This document shows, piece by piece, positions 9,640 to 20,739 of a stretch of 64,000 nucleotides of DNA. Position 1 is the stretch's first letter. Each line of letters begins with the position of its first letter. Under the pieces are notes generated by a model. The model made no database searches, was not told the origin of the DNA, and saw only the letters and a program-made list of their open reading frames with translations. Source of the DNA: an uncultured bacterium (lineage in GTDB: Bacteria > Zixibacteria > MSB-5A5 > CAIYYT01); the NCBI GenBank assembly GCA_963726455.1, contig CAVSCK010000004.1:352001-416000 (forward strand). The letters are read 5' to 3'. The position numbers and the translations under genes were made by a program.

Positions 9640-11604
9640 ATGACAGATTTCCTGCGCACAATTAAGTCTCCTGCCGACCTCAAGAAGGTCCCGCTCGAAT
9701 CGCTGCCCGAACTGGCGGCGGAGATTCGCGATGGTCTGGTGACGACCCTCTCCGAGTTGGGTGGACATCTGGGCGGCAATCTTGGCGTAGTCGAATTGAC
9801 AATCGCATTGCACTATGTATATGACAGTCCTGGCGACCAGATCGTCTGGGACACCGGCCACCAGTCTTATGTCCACAAGATGCTCACCGGCCGCTATGAC
9901 CGACTCAATACCATCCGTCAACTGGGTGGCTTGGCGGGATTTGCCAAAATCACCGAATCCGAGCATGATGTTTACGGCGCCGGCCATGCTTCGACGTCGA
10001 TTTCGGCCGCGTACGGCCTCGCCGTCGCCAGAGACCTGGCAGGCAAGGATAATCACGTTATTGCCGTGATTGGCGACGGCGCCATGACGGGCGGCCTTGC
10101 TTTTGAGGGACTGAATAATTTGGGCAATTCCAAGCGACGCATGTTAGTGGTACTTAATGACAATTCCATGTCCATTGATAAAAACGTCGGCGCACTGTCC
10201 GAGTACCTCACCGAACTGCGGACAGACGAGACCTATAACAAGATTAAGTCCTCGATTTGGGATTTGACCGGCAAGTTTAACCGTGGGCCGCTGATTCGGG
10301 AATTCGTCGGGAGAGTCGACGAAACCATCAAGAGCTTCCTGGTTCCCGGAGTGATTTTCGAGAAGCTCGGCCTGCGCTATTTTGGCCCCGTCGACGGCCA
10401 TGATGTAGTCGGCTTGGTCAAAACTCTTAACCACCTGAAGGCGCTGCCCGGACCTCTGTTGCTGCACATTCGCACGAAGAAGGGCAAGGGTTATCAACCT
10501 GCCGAGGACGATGCCTGCAATTTCCACGGTGTAAACAAATTCGATAAGGTTACCGGCAAGTCTGAAAACTCCAGTGGCATCTCGTATACGAAAGTCTTCG
10601 GCGACACCATGATCGAACTGGCACAGAAGGACCCGAATCTCGTTGTGATAACCGCCGCCATGCCGACCGGCACGGGCTTGTCCAAATATGCCAAGACCTA
10701 TCCCGATCGCTTCTTCGACGTCGGTATCGCCGAACTACACGCCGCGGTATTTGCGGCCGGGCTTTCGCGCGGCGGCAGTAAGCCGGTGTTTGCGGTCTAC
10801 TCAACATTCTGCCAGCGCGCCTACGATCCGATTATTCATGATATCGCCCTGCAAAATCTTCCCGTGATTCTGGCTCTTGATCGTGCCGGTTTGGTCGGCA
10901 ACGACGGACCAACTCACCACGGCACCTTTGATCTTTCCTACTTGCGTGTGGTTCCGAACATGACAATCTGCGCGCCGAAAGATGGCACCGAGTTGAAGCA
11001 ATTGTTGCAGTTGGCGCTGGAAAGATTCGATGGGCCGATCGCCATCCGTTGGCCGCGCGCCGATATTCCCGAGGGCAAGATTCAGGATCGTCCGTTGTTG
11101 GAATGGGGAACGTGGGAACCGCTACTTGAAGGTAAGGATGCGGTTATTCTGGCAGTCGGTACGATGGTCGGGCAATCCCTCAAGGCCGCCGCGCAATTGG
11201 CGGCAAAAGGCGTTCAGGTCACTGTGGTCAATTGCCGTTTTGTAAAGCCGTTCGATTATTCCATGCTGCAGGAACTTTCCGAACACTACAAGTACTTCAT
11301 CACTGTTGAAGAGGGTTCGCTGCCGGGAGGATTCGGCTCAGGCATAAATGACTGGCTGGTCGACTCGGGCAGAACACACGTTCGTTTGCAGCGGCTCGGC
11401 ATTCCCGATCAGTTTGTCGAACACGGCAGCCGCAGTGAATTGCTGGAAATGATCGGGTTGCACCCGGAGGGAATCGCCGGCGCCGTCGAAAATTTCGTTC
11501 GTGCCGAGGGTAAACATTCGCTTAAGATAAAGACGGACTCGGAGACAACTCCAACGGTTAATCGACTTGAAAATGTGAAGACCATCGCCAAGGACAATTC
11601 CTGA
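9640..11604 (+). CDS. dxs: 1-deoxy-D-xylulose-5-phosphate synthase
   Basis: GGHLG, GHQSYVHK, GDGAMTGG...NDN TPP motif, DRAGLVG.DGPTH. Confidence 0.98.
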   Translation: MTDFLRTIKSPADLKKVPLESLPELAAEIRDGLVTTLSELGGHLGGNLGVVELTIALHYVYDSPGDQIVWDTGHQSYVHKMLTGRYDRLNTIRQLGGLAGFAKITESEHDVYGAGHASTSISAAYGLAVARDLAGKDNHVIAVIGDGAMTGGLAFEGLNNLGNSKRRMLVVLNDNSMSIDKNVGALSEYLTELRTDETYNKIKSSIWDLTGKFNRGPLIREFVGRVDETIKSFLVPGVIFEKLGLRYFGPVDGHDVVGLVKTLNHLKALPGPLLLHIRTKKGKGYQPAEDDACNFHGVNKFDKVTGKSENSSGISYTKVFGDTMIELAQKDPNLVVITAAMPTGTGLSKYAKTYPDRFFDVGIAELHAAVFAAGLSRGGSKPVFAVYSTFCQRAYDPIIHDIALQNLPVILALDRAGLVGNDGPTHHGTFDLSYLRVVPNMTICAPKDGTELKQLLQLALERFDGPIAIRWPRADIPEGKIQDRPLLEWGTWEPLLEGKDAVILAVGTMVGQSLKAAAQLAAKGVQVTVVNCRFVKPFDYSMLQELSEHYKYFITVEEGSLPGGFGSGINDWLVDSGRTHVRLQRLGIPDQFVEHGSRSELLEMIGLHPEGIAGAVENFVRAEGKHSLKIKTDSETTPTVNRLENVKTIAKDNS

Positions 11605-12473
11605 TGCGTTTCGGCATAGTTGCCAACCGCAAGCGACCCGGCGCCGCCAAGATCATACGGCGGGTGATCGAGTGGATCGAATCCTGCGGACATGATTATG
11701 GTGTCTGCGAGGAACTGAAGGACTTCGCAGCCAACGCTGAGTTAGTGTACAAGCGTGACGACATCGCCGGCAAATGTGATTATATCATTTCCATGGGCGG
11801 CGACGGCACCTTGCTGGCGGCAGCCAGGGCGATCGGCGCCAGTGGAGTGCCGATCATCGGCATCAATCTGGGAGCTCTGGGCTTTCTGACGCAAGTCACC
11901 GCCGACGATTGCGAACGTAGTCTGCAGGCGTTAGTCAGTGGCCAACATCATATCGAAAAACGCATGTTGCTTGAAGTAAGCGTTAACGGCAGCGATCTCG
12001 GCAAAACCGGCTTTGCGCTGAACGATGTGGTGGTTGACCGAGGTAACGTGGCGCGGCTGATAGAACTCGATCTGTTCGTTAACGACGAATTTATTTCCAC
12101 ATATCGGGCTGATGGATTGATCATCGCCACGCCCACCGGGTCAACGGCCTATAATGCCGCCGTTGGGGGACCAATTTTGAATCCGACCATGGAAGCGATT
12201 ATTGCTTCACCGATGGCGCCGCAATCACTGGCGGCGCGGTCCATGCTTTTCGATGGCAATGACGTCATCCGAATCAAGGTTACCTCCGGACACAGTTCGG
12301 CGCTGATGACCATTGATGGGCAGGTGTCGGTGCCGCTCAAGAACGGGGAAGAGGTCTTGATTAAACGCGCCGCCCATTACACAAGTCTGGTAACCTTTCC
12401 CCAACACACGTTCTACTCGATTCTTCGTAACAAGCTGCACTGGGCTGTCCTGCCTCGCGCCCAAAACGAATAA
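11604..12473 (+). CDS. nadK: NAD+ kinase
   Basis: GGDGTLL, LND, ADGLIIATPTGSTAY. Confidence 0.96.
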   Translation: MRFGIVANRKRPGAAKIIRRVIEWIESCGHDYGVCEELKDFAANAELVYKRDDIAGKCDYIISMGGDGTLLAAARAIGASGVPIIGINLGALGFLTQVTADDCERSLQALVSGQHHIEKRMLLEVSVNGSDLGKTGFALNDVVVDRGNVARLIELDLFVNDEFISTYRADGLIIATPTGSTAYNAAVGGPILNPTMEAIIASPMAPQSLAARSMLFDGNDVIRIKVTSGHSSALMTIDGQVSVPLKNGEEVLIKRAAHYTSLVTFPQHTFYSILRNKLHWAVLPRAQNE

Positions 12474-12576
12474 TTAAGCGTCGCTTCTGCATTTTCGTCT
12501 ATTCCATTGGTGCACTTTCAGCTAAGCTTGCGTATTAGAACGCGGTTGATTAGGTTGCTCCAGTAGGAATGGGATA

Positions 12577-15500
12577 ATGCTCGCCAAAACCGGCTTCGCC
12601 ACCAGACATCGTCTTCATCTGATAATCGTCGCTGTCTCTGCTATGATATGCATGTTCGGTCTGACAACTCGCGCGGCGGCGGACGCCTATCACCCGTACC
12701 GTCTCATCGTAAAATACAAGTCCCCGCCTGCTACTACTTCTTTGCAGCAAACTGCAGCCAAGGCACTCGCGGCGAATGTCAAAACCATCTTTCCCGTCGC
12801 AGACACCAAGGACAGGACTTCCATCAAGAATACCGGCTTCATCTATACGTTCGCAGATTCTCTCAAGCGGCTGGCTGCGGAATCATTGTTGTCAAATGAC
12901 CCGGCCATCCAGTACGTCGAGCGAGATTACAAGATGGAGCTGTTCTCTGATCCACTGTATCAGAACCAGTGGGGACTCACTAATCAAGCCCAGGGATACC
13001 TTGGCATTGTTCGGGTTCCTGGAAATCAAAACGACAGTCTGGTGCTCAAGACTGGCACGGCTGGCGCAGACATTAGATGGGAACAAACCCAATCCGCTCC
13101 TATCAACAGACATAAGACACGCGTTGGCGTGATCGACACCGGTGTAGATTACAAACATCCCGACTTGCAGGATCATATCTGGCACAATGTGCAGGAGATT
13201 CCCGGCAATGGAATCGATGACGATCTAAACGGCTACGTCGACGACTACTACGGTTATGATTTCTCCGGCGATACTCAGTCCACTTTCAATGCTTCGCCGG
13301 ATTCCGATCCAATGGACAAGATCGGCCACGGAACCCATGTGTCGGGCATTATCGGAGCAGTGGGAGGTAACGGTATCGGGATTGAAGGAATCGCGCAAAA
13401 CGTCGAAATCATGTGCCTTAAGATTTTCCCGAATGCGTACGCCTCCTCAACTTCGGCCGCCATTATCTACGCCGTCGACAACGGCGCGGAAGTAATCAAC
13501 GCCTCCTGGGGATCACCTTTCTATTCGTCGATCATAGATGATGCCGTTAAGTACGCGGTTGAACACGGAGTGGTCTTTGTCGCCGCATCGGGAAATTCCG
13601 GAACCGATATTCCATTCTTTCCGGCCAAATCCGACTTTGTGGTTACCGTCGGCGCATCCGATTCGCACGATCAGGTTACTTACTTTTCGAGCTTTGGGCC
13701 TTGGCTCGATCTCGCGGCACCGGGGTTGGACATTCTCTCGCTGCGTGCCACGGGAACCGACCTTTACGCTGCTTCCGGTGAGCCGGGAATCCGAATCATT
13801 GACAGTCTCTATTATCTCGCCGATGGCACCAGCATGGCGGCGCCACATGTGACCGGAGCCGTCGCGCTATTGCGTTCGGCCTCGCCGGGATTGACTGCCG
13901 ACAGTATCAAACAATTGCTATACAACACCGCTGACGCCATTACCGATCCGAACGGCTTGCTTCGGCACGCCGGAAACCCATACTCCGGTCATGGTCGCCT
14001 GAATGTCGGCCGCGCCACCGAGTTCCTTTCCGATGAATTTGCCGAGTTGGAGTCGCCGCAATTCAACACGGTACAACAGGGGATAATCCAGTTCTCCGGT
14101 TCGGCATATTCCGCCTCAGGAAAGTCATTCCTTTTGGAAGCAAGACCTGCCTCAACGAACACCTGGATTACTATTGCCTCTGGTAGTGCCAACCTGTTGC
14201 GCCAGAGTATCGCTAACTGGGACAGTTCACCTTATGACGGCCGCACGGAAGTACGATTGACCGTAGGCGATAATATTGCTTTCACTTCATATCTGCGGCT
14301 CGTTAATAATCCACGCGTCGATATCACTACTCCCGCAAACGGCGATACGGTCACATCATTTGCCGAGATCATTGGTTCGGCGTCGGCGCCCGGTCTTCAA
14401 TCATATGAAGTCTCATTCTATCCGGATGCAGCTCCCAGGGAAAAGCATCTGATCACGTTCTCGAATCAGGTGCTCTATGATTCTCCACTCGCGGAATGGA
14501 CGATTGGGCCGTTGCGTCCGGGATCGGGAGTTCTCAAGCTTACCGTGACGACCGCCACCGATGTGATCGAAACCTCAACTGGAGTCTATATCAAGAGCAG
14601 TCTGGCCGCCGGTTACCCGATTGAACCGATAACCCGTCCGCACTTGTCGGCTATGATCGGCAACATCGACGACGACCCCGCACCGGAACTGGTGAGTGGC
14701 GGGTCGCAGAAGATCATCGTGAATCATTTCAAGGAAGGCCGAATTGAATACATCAATCCACCCATCGGCCAGTCGTGTCAATCGACGCCGGCATTGTGGG
14801 ATTTCAACGGTGATGGCAAAGACGAGATCGTTGTTGTTACGGATTCTGGTGTGGCGATCATCGACGGCCTAGGAAATCCACTACCGGGCTGGCCGAAGTT
14901 ATTGCTCACCGGCTGGGAATACGATTCATACCCAACGCCATTGCTCGCCGACCTCGACGGTGACGGCAGAATGGAAATTCTGGTTACGGATGCCGCCGGG
15001 GAAGTCTGGTGCTGGCGCTGGGATGGCAGCAGCTATTTCCATTCCACGGGAGGGCTGTTTGGGCTGATTGACGATCTCGGCCGCGCCCGCAATTTCGGTG
15101 GGGCGATCGTGGCGTTCATGTTTGCTTATGACTTTGATGATGACGGCTATCAGGATGTCGGAGTACTTTACACATCGTATGGTGGCGACGGCGGACTCTA
15201 CATGCTTTCCGGCAAGAACGGCAACGCACTCTATCCCGATAAAGGTATTCGAGTCTTGTCGACCGAGGCGATATTCGGGGGCGTGCTCGCTGATTTCGAC
15301 AATGACGGCTACCCGGAAATCGCTTTTGCGCATCGCGCCGGCGGAGTCCTGAGACAAATTGGAGTCAGCATCGTCCGGGCTAACGGCGACTACCTTCCCG
15401 GTTGGCCGAAAATCTTCTACGACAAGATTCAATGGCTATCGCCGTATCCGGCGGCCGCCGATCTCGACCATGATTCGATTCCGGAACTTATCTGTGTGTT

Positions 15501-16278
15501 CAGCGCGCTGGACGGCGGAGAGCTCTACGTTTGGCATGGCGACGGCACGCCGTTTCGCGGAGACAACTTCGGCAGAAACGACGGATTTCTTGCCGGTACT
15601 TCCAATTCGCTTTCCAATCCCGAAGTGCTTGATGTCGACAACGATGGCCAATAAGAAATTGTCGCGCGGGCCGGAGCAACGTTGTTGGGAAAACCTGAAC
15701 GCCTTTTTGCCTGGAAGCTCGACGGCAGCGTCGTGCGGGGCTGGCCGATCTATACCTACGCCGATCCCGACATCGTCACTTATTCTTTGTTCACTCCGGC
15801 GGCAGCCGATATCGATGGCGATGGACTGCTTGAACTCTACATGGGGTCGTCCGACACCCAGATCTATTGCTGGAGACTACCGACTGTAGCGACAGATTCG
15901 GCTGTGGTCTGGGGCAGTTTCCTTCATGATAACAGGCATTCGGGCATATTACCTTTCGTCAGGGCGCATAATTCACCTCCTCCGCCTCCTCCGATACCGA
16001 GTCAGTTTCGCCTGGCACAGAACTATCCAAATCCTTTCAATCAGAACACGATCATTCAGGTTGATCTTCCCGAAAGCGGCGACCTGAGTATTGACATCTT
16101 GAATGTCCTTGGGCAGCGAGTAGCGACTGTGTTCAATGGCACATTGGCTGCCGGATATTATCACTTCGACTGGAACGGCATTGACCACGACGGCAAGGAA
16201 CTTGAATCGGGCGTCTATTTCTATCGGCTGCGGCAGGGCGATCATGTGGAAACCAGAAAGATGGTGTTGCTGAAATGA
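12577..16278 (+). pseudogene. Secreted S8 subtilase with Ig-like domains, FG-GAP repeats and FlgD/T9SS-like C-terminal domain, interrupted by an in-frame TAA at 15652-15654
   Basis: Catalytic VIDTG, HGTHVSG, ASGN, GTSMAAPH; ORFs 12577-15654 and 15682-16278 share a frame and the stop sits inside DVDNDGQ*EIV; ends NYPNPFN...SGVYFYRL...KMVLLK. Confidence 0.8.
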
Positions 16279-18413
16279 GACGTATCGCGTTGCTCATCAT
16301 GTTGATCATCTCTTTCGCATTCGCATCCGCCGCTGTCGGCCCCGATATGTTTCAAGAGATTGCATCATTGCCTCTTCAAGGGATGAATTCATTTGACGTT
16401 GACTCCGCGAACGTGTGTTTGCTCTTTGATCACGCTGTCGCCATAGCGAAGCAGGGTCAGCCCGGAATCATTATGAACGCGGGCAAAACTACTCCGCTGA
16501 CGCAGCGCTATACCGACTGCTATCTGCATGAACGCCGGCTCTATCTCTATTCTCGTGACGGCGCGTTTGGTGTCGCAGAAGTTGACAACGGCGCCATAGA
16601 CATTGTCGAAGAACAGGCAACTCACGACACCATTTTGTCGGTCGTCGCCGCCGGCAGTTATTTGTATCTGGCTCAGGGATTCGACGGCATCACTATTATG
16701 AATGCCAATGATGCTGCCAATCTGCATGAAGTTGGCAAAGCTCGCCACGGCGCCTACTATTCGCTGCTTAAAATTTATGACACCCTGCTTTTCGCCGCTG
16801 ATCGCCTTAACGGAGTCGATGTCTATCGAGTTTCTGACAGCGCTTTGGTCTATTTGCAGACTTTCCTGACTTATCTACCAGTCGTGGATTTCGTTCTCGA
16901 TTCGTCAAATGTACTGACCTGCTACGGAACCGACCGTGTCGACAAGTGGAACCTATTCAGCAGCTCTGACACACCCATCACGTTCGAGCATGAGGTTACG
17001 CATCTCGATAACCTTGGGATTGGTGTCGTGGTCGGATTCTCCAATGGCTCCCTTGAGACCAATCTGTCAGGCAATGGACCAGTGTTGGGTACACAGCAAT
17101 TGGCGTTTCCTGCCAGGAAGCTACGGACTGTATTTCACTCAGGCGAGTCGGCGCAGTGCTTTGCACTGGACGAAGTCGGCCGTTTGACGGTCTTATCCGG
17201 CGACGATCTCACGGTGATTGGACAACTTCGGCTATCGAATCTGCCAACTTCCATAACTGCCAACGGCGACGGTCTGATCGTTGCGCAGCCAGGCAGGGGA
17301 ATTTCCCGACTGAAATTCGAATCGGGTATTTTCACGGAAACTTTGTTATATGAATCCGGCCTGGCTTTCACGTCACTGTGCCAACAGGAATCACTCTTGT
17401 TTGCGGCCATCGGTAATTCTGACTCGGTGCTAATCCTCGATCTCGACGTCACTCCCGCCAAGCCAATGATGTTCGTCGATATGATGCAACTGTCCAGCCA
17501 GGTCTATGTTAACAAACTTCCCACTATCGAATACGAGATCGTCGCGATCGGCCCTTCCGGCGCCCGCGCGGTCAAGGTTGATTTGCGGGACAAGCATGTA
17601 GCCGAATCCTGGTCAGTGCAGGCCGCATTTCCGGTCACGAGTGGTTACTATGACAGGCAATCGCTGGTCTTTGCATCTGAAACCGGCCAGGTCGATTACT
17701 ACTGCGTCGACTGTGGCTCTGGCCAACCGGAATTCCGGGCATCAATTACTACTCCCGCGCCACCCCGATCATTACTTATGATCGACGGTCAGTATCTCGT
17801 CGTCGGATCGGCTGGCGGAGCGGGTGTGTACGTTTACAATCAATCACAGCAACAATTGGAATTAGTCACCGATCTGTATTCCGTACTGTCGACATCGCAG
17901 TTGCTTTATGATCCCTCCAGGAAGCTTCTGATAATTGCCGGCGGGTCTGACTTCATTCGCTACGTCGATCTTTCTGATCCATCAAGCCCCGGTCCAATCT
18001 ATAATCTGCCGACATCGGGCGGTGCGTCGTCAATATCCATGTACGGCAGCGAACTTTACGCCGTCGAGAATGACGCAGTCACGCTGTTCCGTTCAAATGC
18101 CTCCGGAGTCGCCTCGAATCAGTCAAACGAAGTCGTTTACTCGGAGCCATATCCCAATCCATTCAACAGCGCGACGGCGATAGAAGTCCAGGCGAGCGAT
18201 GGTTCCCGTGGCAACGGGCAAATCGGCTATCAGATCGTCGACGTCCTGGGCAGGTTTGTTAGGGAGGGCCAAATCGAGCGCGCCGGCGGAGCCACGCGCA
18301 TTATCTGGGACGGTACCGACGCGGATAACCGTCCGGTTGCGTCCGGAGTCTATTTCCTGCGGCTCTCGAGCGGCGAATCAGTCAGTGTCCGCAAGATGTT
18401 GTTGATCAAATGA
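16275..18413 (+). CDS. Secreted LVIVD-like beta-propeller protein with FlgD/T9SS-like C-terminal domain
   Basis: Signal peptide; YLYLAQGFDGITIM-type blades; PYPNPFN...ASGVYFLRL...KMLLIK; ATGA overlap with the S8 gene. Confidence 0.7.
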   Translation: MRRIALLIMLIISFAFASAAVGPDMFQEIASLPLQGMNSFDVDSANVCLLFDHAVAIAKQGQPGIIMNAGKTTPLTQRYTDCYLHERRLYLYSRDGAFGVAEVDNGAIDIVEEQATHDTILSVVAAGSYLYLAQGFDGITIMNANDAANLHEVGKARHGAYYSLLKIYDTLLFAADRLNGVDVYRVSDSALVYLQTFLTYLPVVDFVLDSSNVLTCYGTDRVDKWNLFSSSDTPITFEHEVTHLDNLGIGVVVGFSNGSLETNLSGNGPVLGTQQLAFPARKLRTVFHSGESAQCFALDEVGRLTVLSGDDLTVIGQLRLSNLPTSITANGDGLIVAQPGRGISRLKFESGIFTETLLYESGLAFTSLCQQESLLFAAIGNSDSVLILDLDVTPAKPMMFVDMMQLSSQVYVNKLPTIEYEIVAIGPSGARAVKVDLRDKHVAESWSVQAAFPVTSGYYDRQSLVFASETGQVDYYCVDCGSGQPEFRASITTPAPPRSLLMIDGQYLVVGSAGGAGVYVYNQSQQQLELVTDLYSVLSTSQLLYDPSRKLLIIAGGSDFIRYVDLSDPSSPGPIYNLPTSGGASSISMYGSELYAVENDAVTLFRSNASGVASNQSNEVVYSEPYPNPFNSATAIEVQASDGSRGNGQIGYQIVDVLGRFVREGQIERAGGATRIIWDGTDADNRPVASGVYFLRLSSGESVSVRKMLLIK

Positions 18414-18431
18414 CAACGGGCATTTAAATGC

Positions 18432-18459
18432 TTGACTATGGGTTTGATAAACGTATAAT
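18432..18459 (+). promoter_or_regulatory. sigma70 promoter TTGACT-N16-TATAAT
   Basis: Near-consensus hexamers. Confidence 0.65.
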
Positions 18460-18489
18460 TTTAGAAAAAATGTAGGGTGAGGATATCAA

Positions 18490-19200
18490 ATGAGACTGGT
18501 TAAAGAGGCGTTGGCGATATCGTTCGCAGGCATCTTCGTGCTATGTCTGGCGATGTCATTGTCTGCTGCTGATAAATCGGCATCAAGCGCGAAACCGGGG
18601 GAAACGGGATATGTCAAGGACGCCGTCTATCACGACGCTCGTTTCGGATTTTCGATGGCGATTCCCGTTGACTGGCGCGAAGCCAAACTGCGCAAAGAAC
18701 CGAGCCCCGAACGGCTGCTTCTGGTTCAACGCAAGCCGAGAATTCCTCTGCGGCTTCAGGATGAACCCGATTTGGCCGTAAAGCCGTCAATCATGATCTT
18801 TGCAGATTCCACTTCCATGGCCCCTGACGCTTTCTTCAACTATCTTCGAGCCGACACGGGGAAGACCGATTTCAAGCAGAAGATTCTCGCGAAGTCGATA
18901 TTTCTGGAGGCCGGCGCTTCGAACGAAGTGCAAGTGTTGGATAAAGTTCCTGTCAAGATTGCCGGCAAAGATGTCACGAGACTTCGCGTCCGGCTCGAAT
19001 ACAACGTGAGAGTTACCAGTCCGGGAATGAAAACCCCTTCGCAGGTTAATGATTTCAGAGTAGGTTACATTTATATCGTGCCGTTCGATGGCTGGCTGCT
19101 CTATATCGAGGAAGTCTGCGAAAATCAGTTCCTCGAATCGCTGCAGAAAGACTTCGATTCGGCGATCAATTCGGTTACCATGGAGACGGCTGGGAAATGA
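18490..19200 (+). CDS. Hypothetical exported protein (possibly PsbP-like fold)
   Basis: Signal peptide, GAGG SD, YHDARFGFSMAIPVDW segment. Confidence 0.65.
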   Translation: MRLVKEALAISFAGIFVLCLAMSLSAADKSASSAKPGETGYVKDAVYHDARFGFSMAIPVDWREAKLRKEPSPERLLLVQRKPRIPLRLQDEPDLAVKPSIMIFADSTSMAPDAFFNYLRADTGKTDFKQKILAKSIFLEAGASNEVQVLDKVPVKIAGKDVTRLRVRLEYNVRVTSPGMKTPSQVNDFRVGYIYIVPFDGWLLYIEEVCENQFLESLQKDFDSAINSVTMETAGK

Positions 19201-19269
19201 CGGGCTTCGCAATAATGACATCGTTTACGGCCACACGGGAATTGATTCCCAACTATAAGGAGGCATGCT

Positions 19270-19572
19270 ATGTGGGCGGTTAGAATGCTTCTAACCATTA
19301 TTTTCTTGATAGTCTCAATCGCCTTTTATGTCGCCAACGCCGGTGAACGAGTCGATGTCAATATCCTGCACACTCGTTATGTCGATGTGCCGTTGATGAT
19401 CGTCCTGTTGATCGCCTTCGCTGTCGGCATGATTGCCAGTTTTCTGATTGCGGTGACTTATTTCTTCCGCATTTCGTCGGAGGCGGGCGCCAATAAGCGC
19501 ATGGTCAAGCGGTTGCAGGCAGAGATTACGGCGCTTCGGAATCGGCAGATAGACCAAATAGATTCGGTATAA
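19270..19572 (+). CDS. lapA: LapA-family LPS assembly membrane protein
   Basis: Two TM helices with N..V.V and basic coiled tail; AAGGAGG SD; precedes a TPR gene. Confidence 0.75.
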   Translation: MWAVRMLLTIIFLIVSIAFYVANAGERVDVNILHTRYVDVPLMIVLLIAFAVGMIASFLIAVTYFFRISSEAGANKRMVKRLQAEITALRNRQIDQIDSV

Positions 19573-19575
19573 TGT

Positions 19576-20655
19576 ATGTTTGAACTGAGCATGTACTATT
19601 ACATCGTCGGGTGCTGTATCATCCTGATATTGGCCCTGTTGGTCAGTTTCCAGGTACGGCGGCGCAAACGCGAACGGCAGCAGGATCGCACTCTCTATAT
19701 CAGCGCGTTACAGGCGCTGTTGGAAGGCGATCAGGTCGGCGCATTTTATAAACTCAAAGAGGCGGTTGCGCAAGATACCGAAAATATCGATGCCTACCTG
19801 CGCCTCGGCAAGATTCTCGCCGATCGCGGCAAGACCAAGAATGCGATTCAGGTTCATAATGAATTGCTGTTGCGTTCCGATCTCACGCCGTTACAGAAGA
19901 AAGAAATCAATCGCTATCTGACGGAAGATTACATCCTTGACAACCAGACGGCCCGCGCTATCACCGTTCTGCAGGCCGAGTTTGAGCGCGACCCGGCCGA
20001 CATGAACACCGGCGTGAAGTTGCTTGACTTGCTCAAGAAGGAAGGCAAGTGGGAAGAGGCCGAGGACATTGCCGAGAAGCTGTACAAGCGTGAGCATGAA
20101 CGCTTTGCCGGCGTGGTTGCCGATGTCAAAATCAGGGTCGGCGATATTTGGGAGGAACGTGGCAAAGGTCGCAAAGCGCGTACACTGTACAAGACCGCCT
20201 TCCACCTCGATCCCTCGCGAATCGAAACCTGGATCAAGGTCGGTGATTCGTATACGACCGAAGATCGTCTCGATGATGCAATTCGCAGTTGGATGCACAT
20301 TATCGACGGCGCGCCCCGCGAGGCCTATCGCGTATTTGACCGGCTCAAGAGAGCGCTCTTTGAAGTCGGTCAGTTTAATCAGATGGCCGGAATTTTCGAG
20401 CGAATCCTCGAGAAGGACACAGGGAATCCCTACGCTGCCGTCGCGATTGCAGAGTTGTATGAAAAGAAAGGCAATTTCTCGCAGGCCGAAGAATATTTCC
20501 GTATGGCAATCGACGCCAACCCTCAGTATGCGCCCGCCCGCCTGGGACTTGCACGTTTATTCCGTGAGCAGGGACGAATCGATGAGGCGCTGAATATTCT
20601 GGAGAAACTCTTCGCGCAACAACAGCAACAGGAAGCCATCCGTCAGCAGACTTGA
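19576..20655 (+). CDS. lapB: LapB/YciM-like membrane-anchored TPR protein
   Basis: N-terminal TM, AYLRLGK..RG..NAIQVHNELL, TPRs; no C-terminal rubredoxin. Confidence 0.7.
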   Translation: MFELSMYYYIVGCCIILILALLVSFQVRRRKRERQQDRTLYISALQALLEGDQVGAFYKLKEAVAQDTENIDAYLRLGKILADRGKTKNAIQVHNELLLRSDLTPLQKKEINRYLTEDYILDNQTARAITVLQAEFERDPADMNTGVKLLDLLKKEGKWEEAEDIAEKLYKREHERFAGVVADVKIRVGDIWEERGKGRKARTLYKTAFHLDPSRIETWIKVGDSYTTEDRLDDAIRSWMHIIDGAPREAYRVFDRLKRALFEVGQFNQMAGIFERILEKDTGNPYAAVAIAELYEKKGNFSQAEEYFRMAIDANPQYAPARLGLARLFREQGRIDEALNILEKLFAQQQQQEAIRQQT

Positions 20656-20739
20656 AACTGTGAACTTCGGGGCCGGGCAGCGGGCAAACGCCTTGATATT
20701 GATGTCCTGTAACCTTTCACGCCTTAATCAGCGCGCCCA

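Noticed and set aside
15652-15654. Sec/Pyl or alternative genetic code at the S8 stop
   Set aside because: Codon is TAA, and all three stops terminate conserved genes normally in this window
15974-15999. CCT/CCG microrepeat as a phase-variation tract
   Set aside because: Imperfect triplets encoding a Pro linker before the sorting domain
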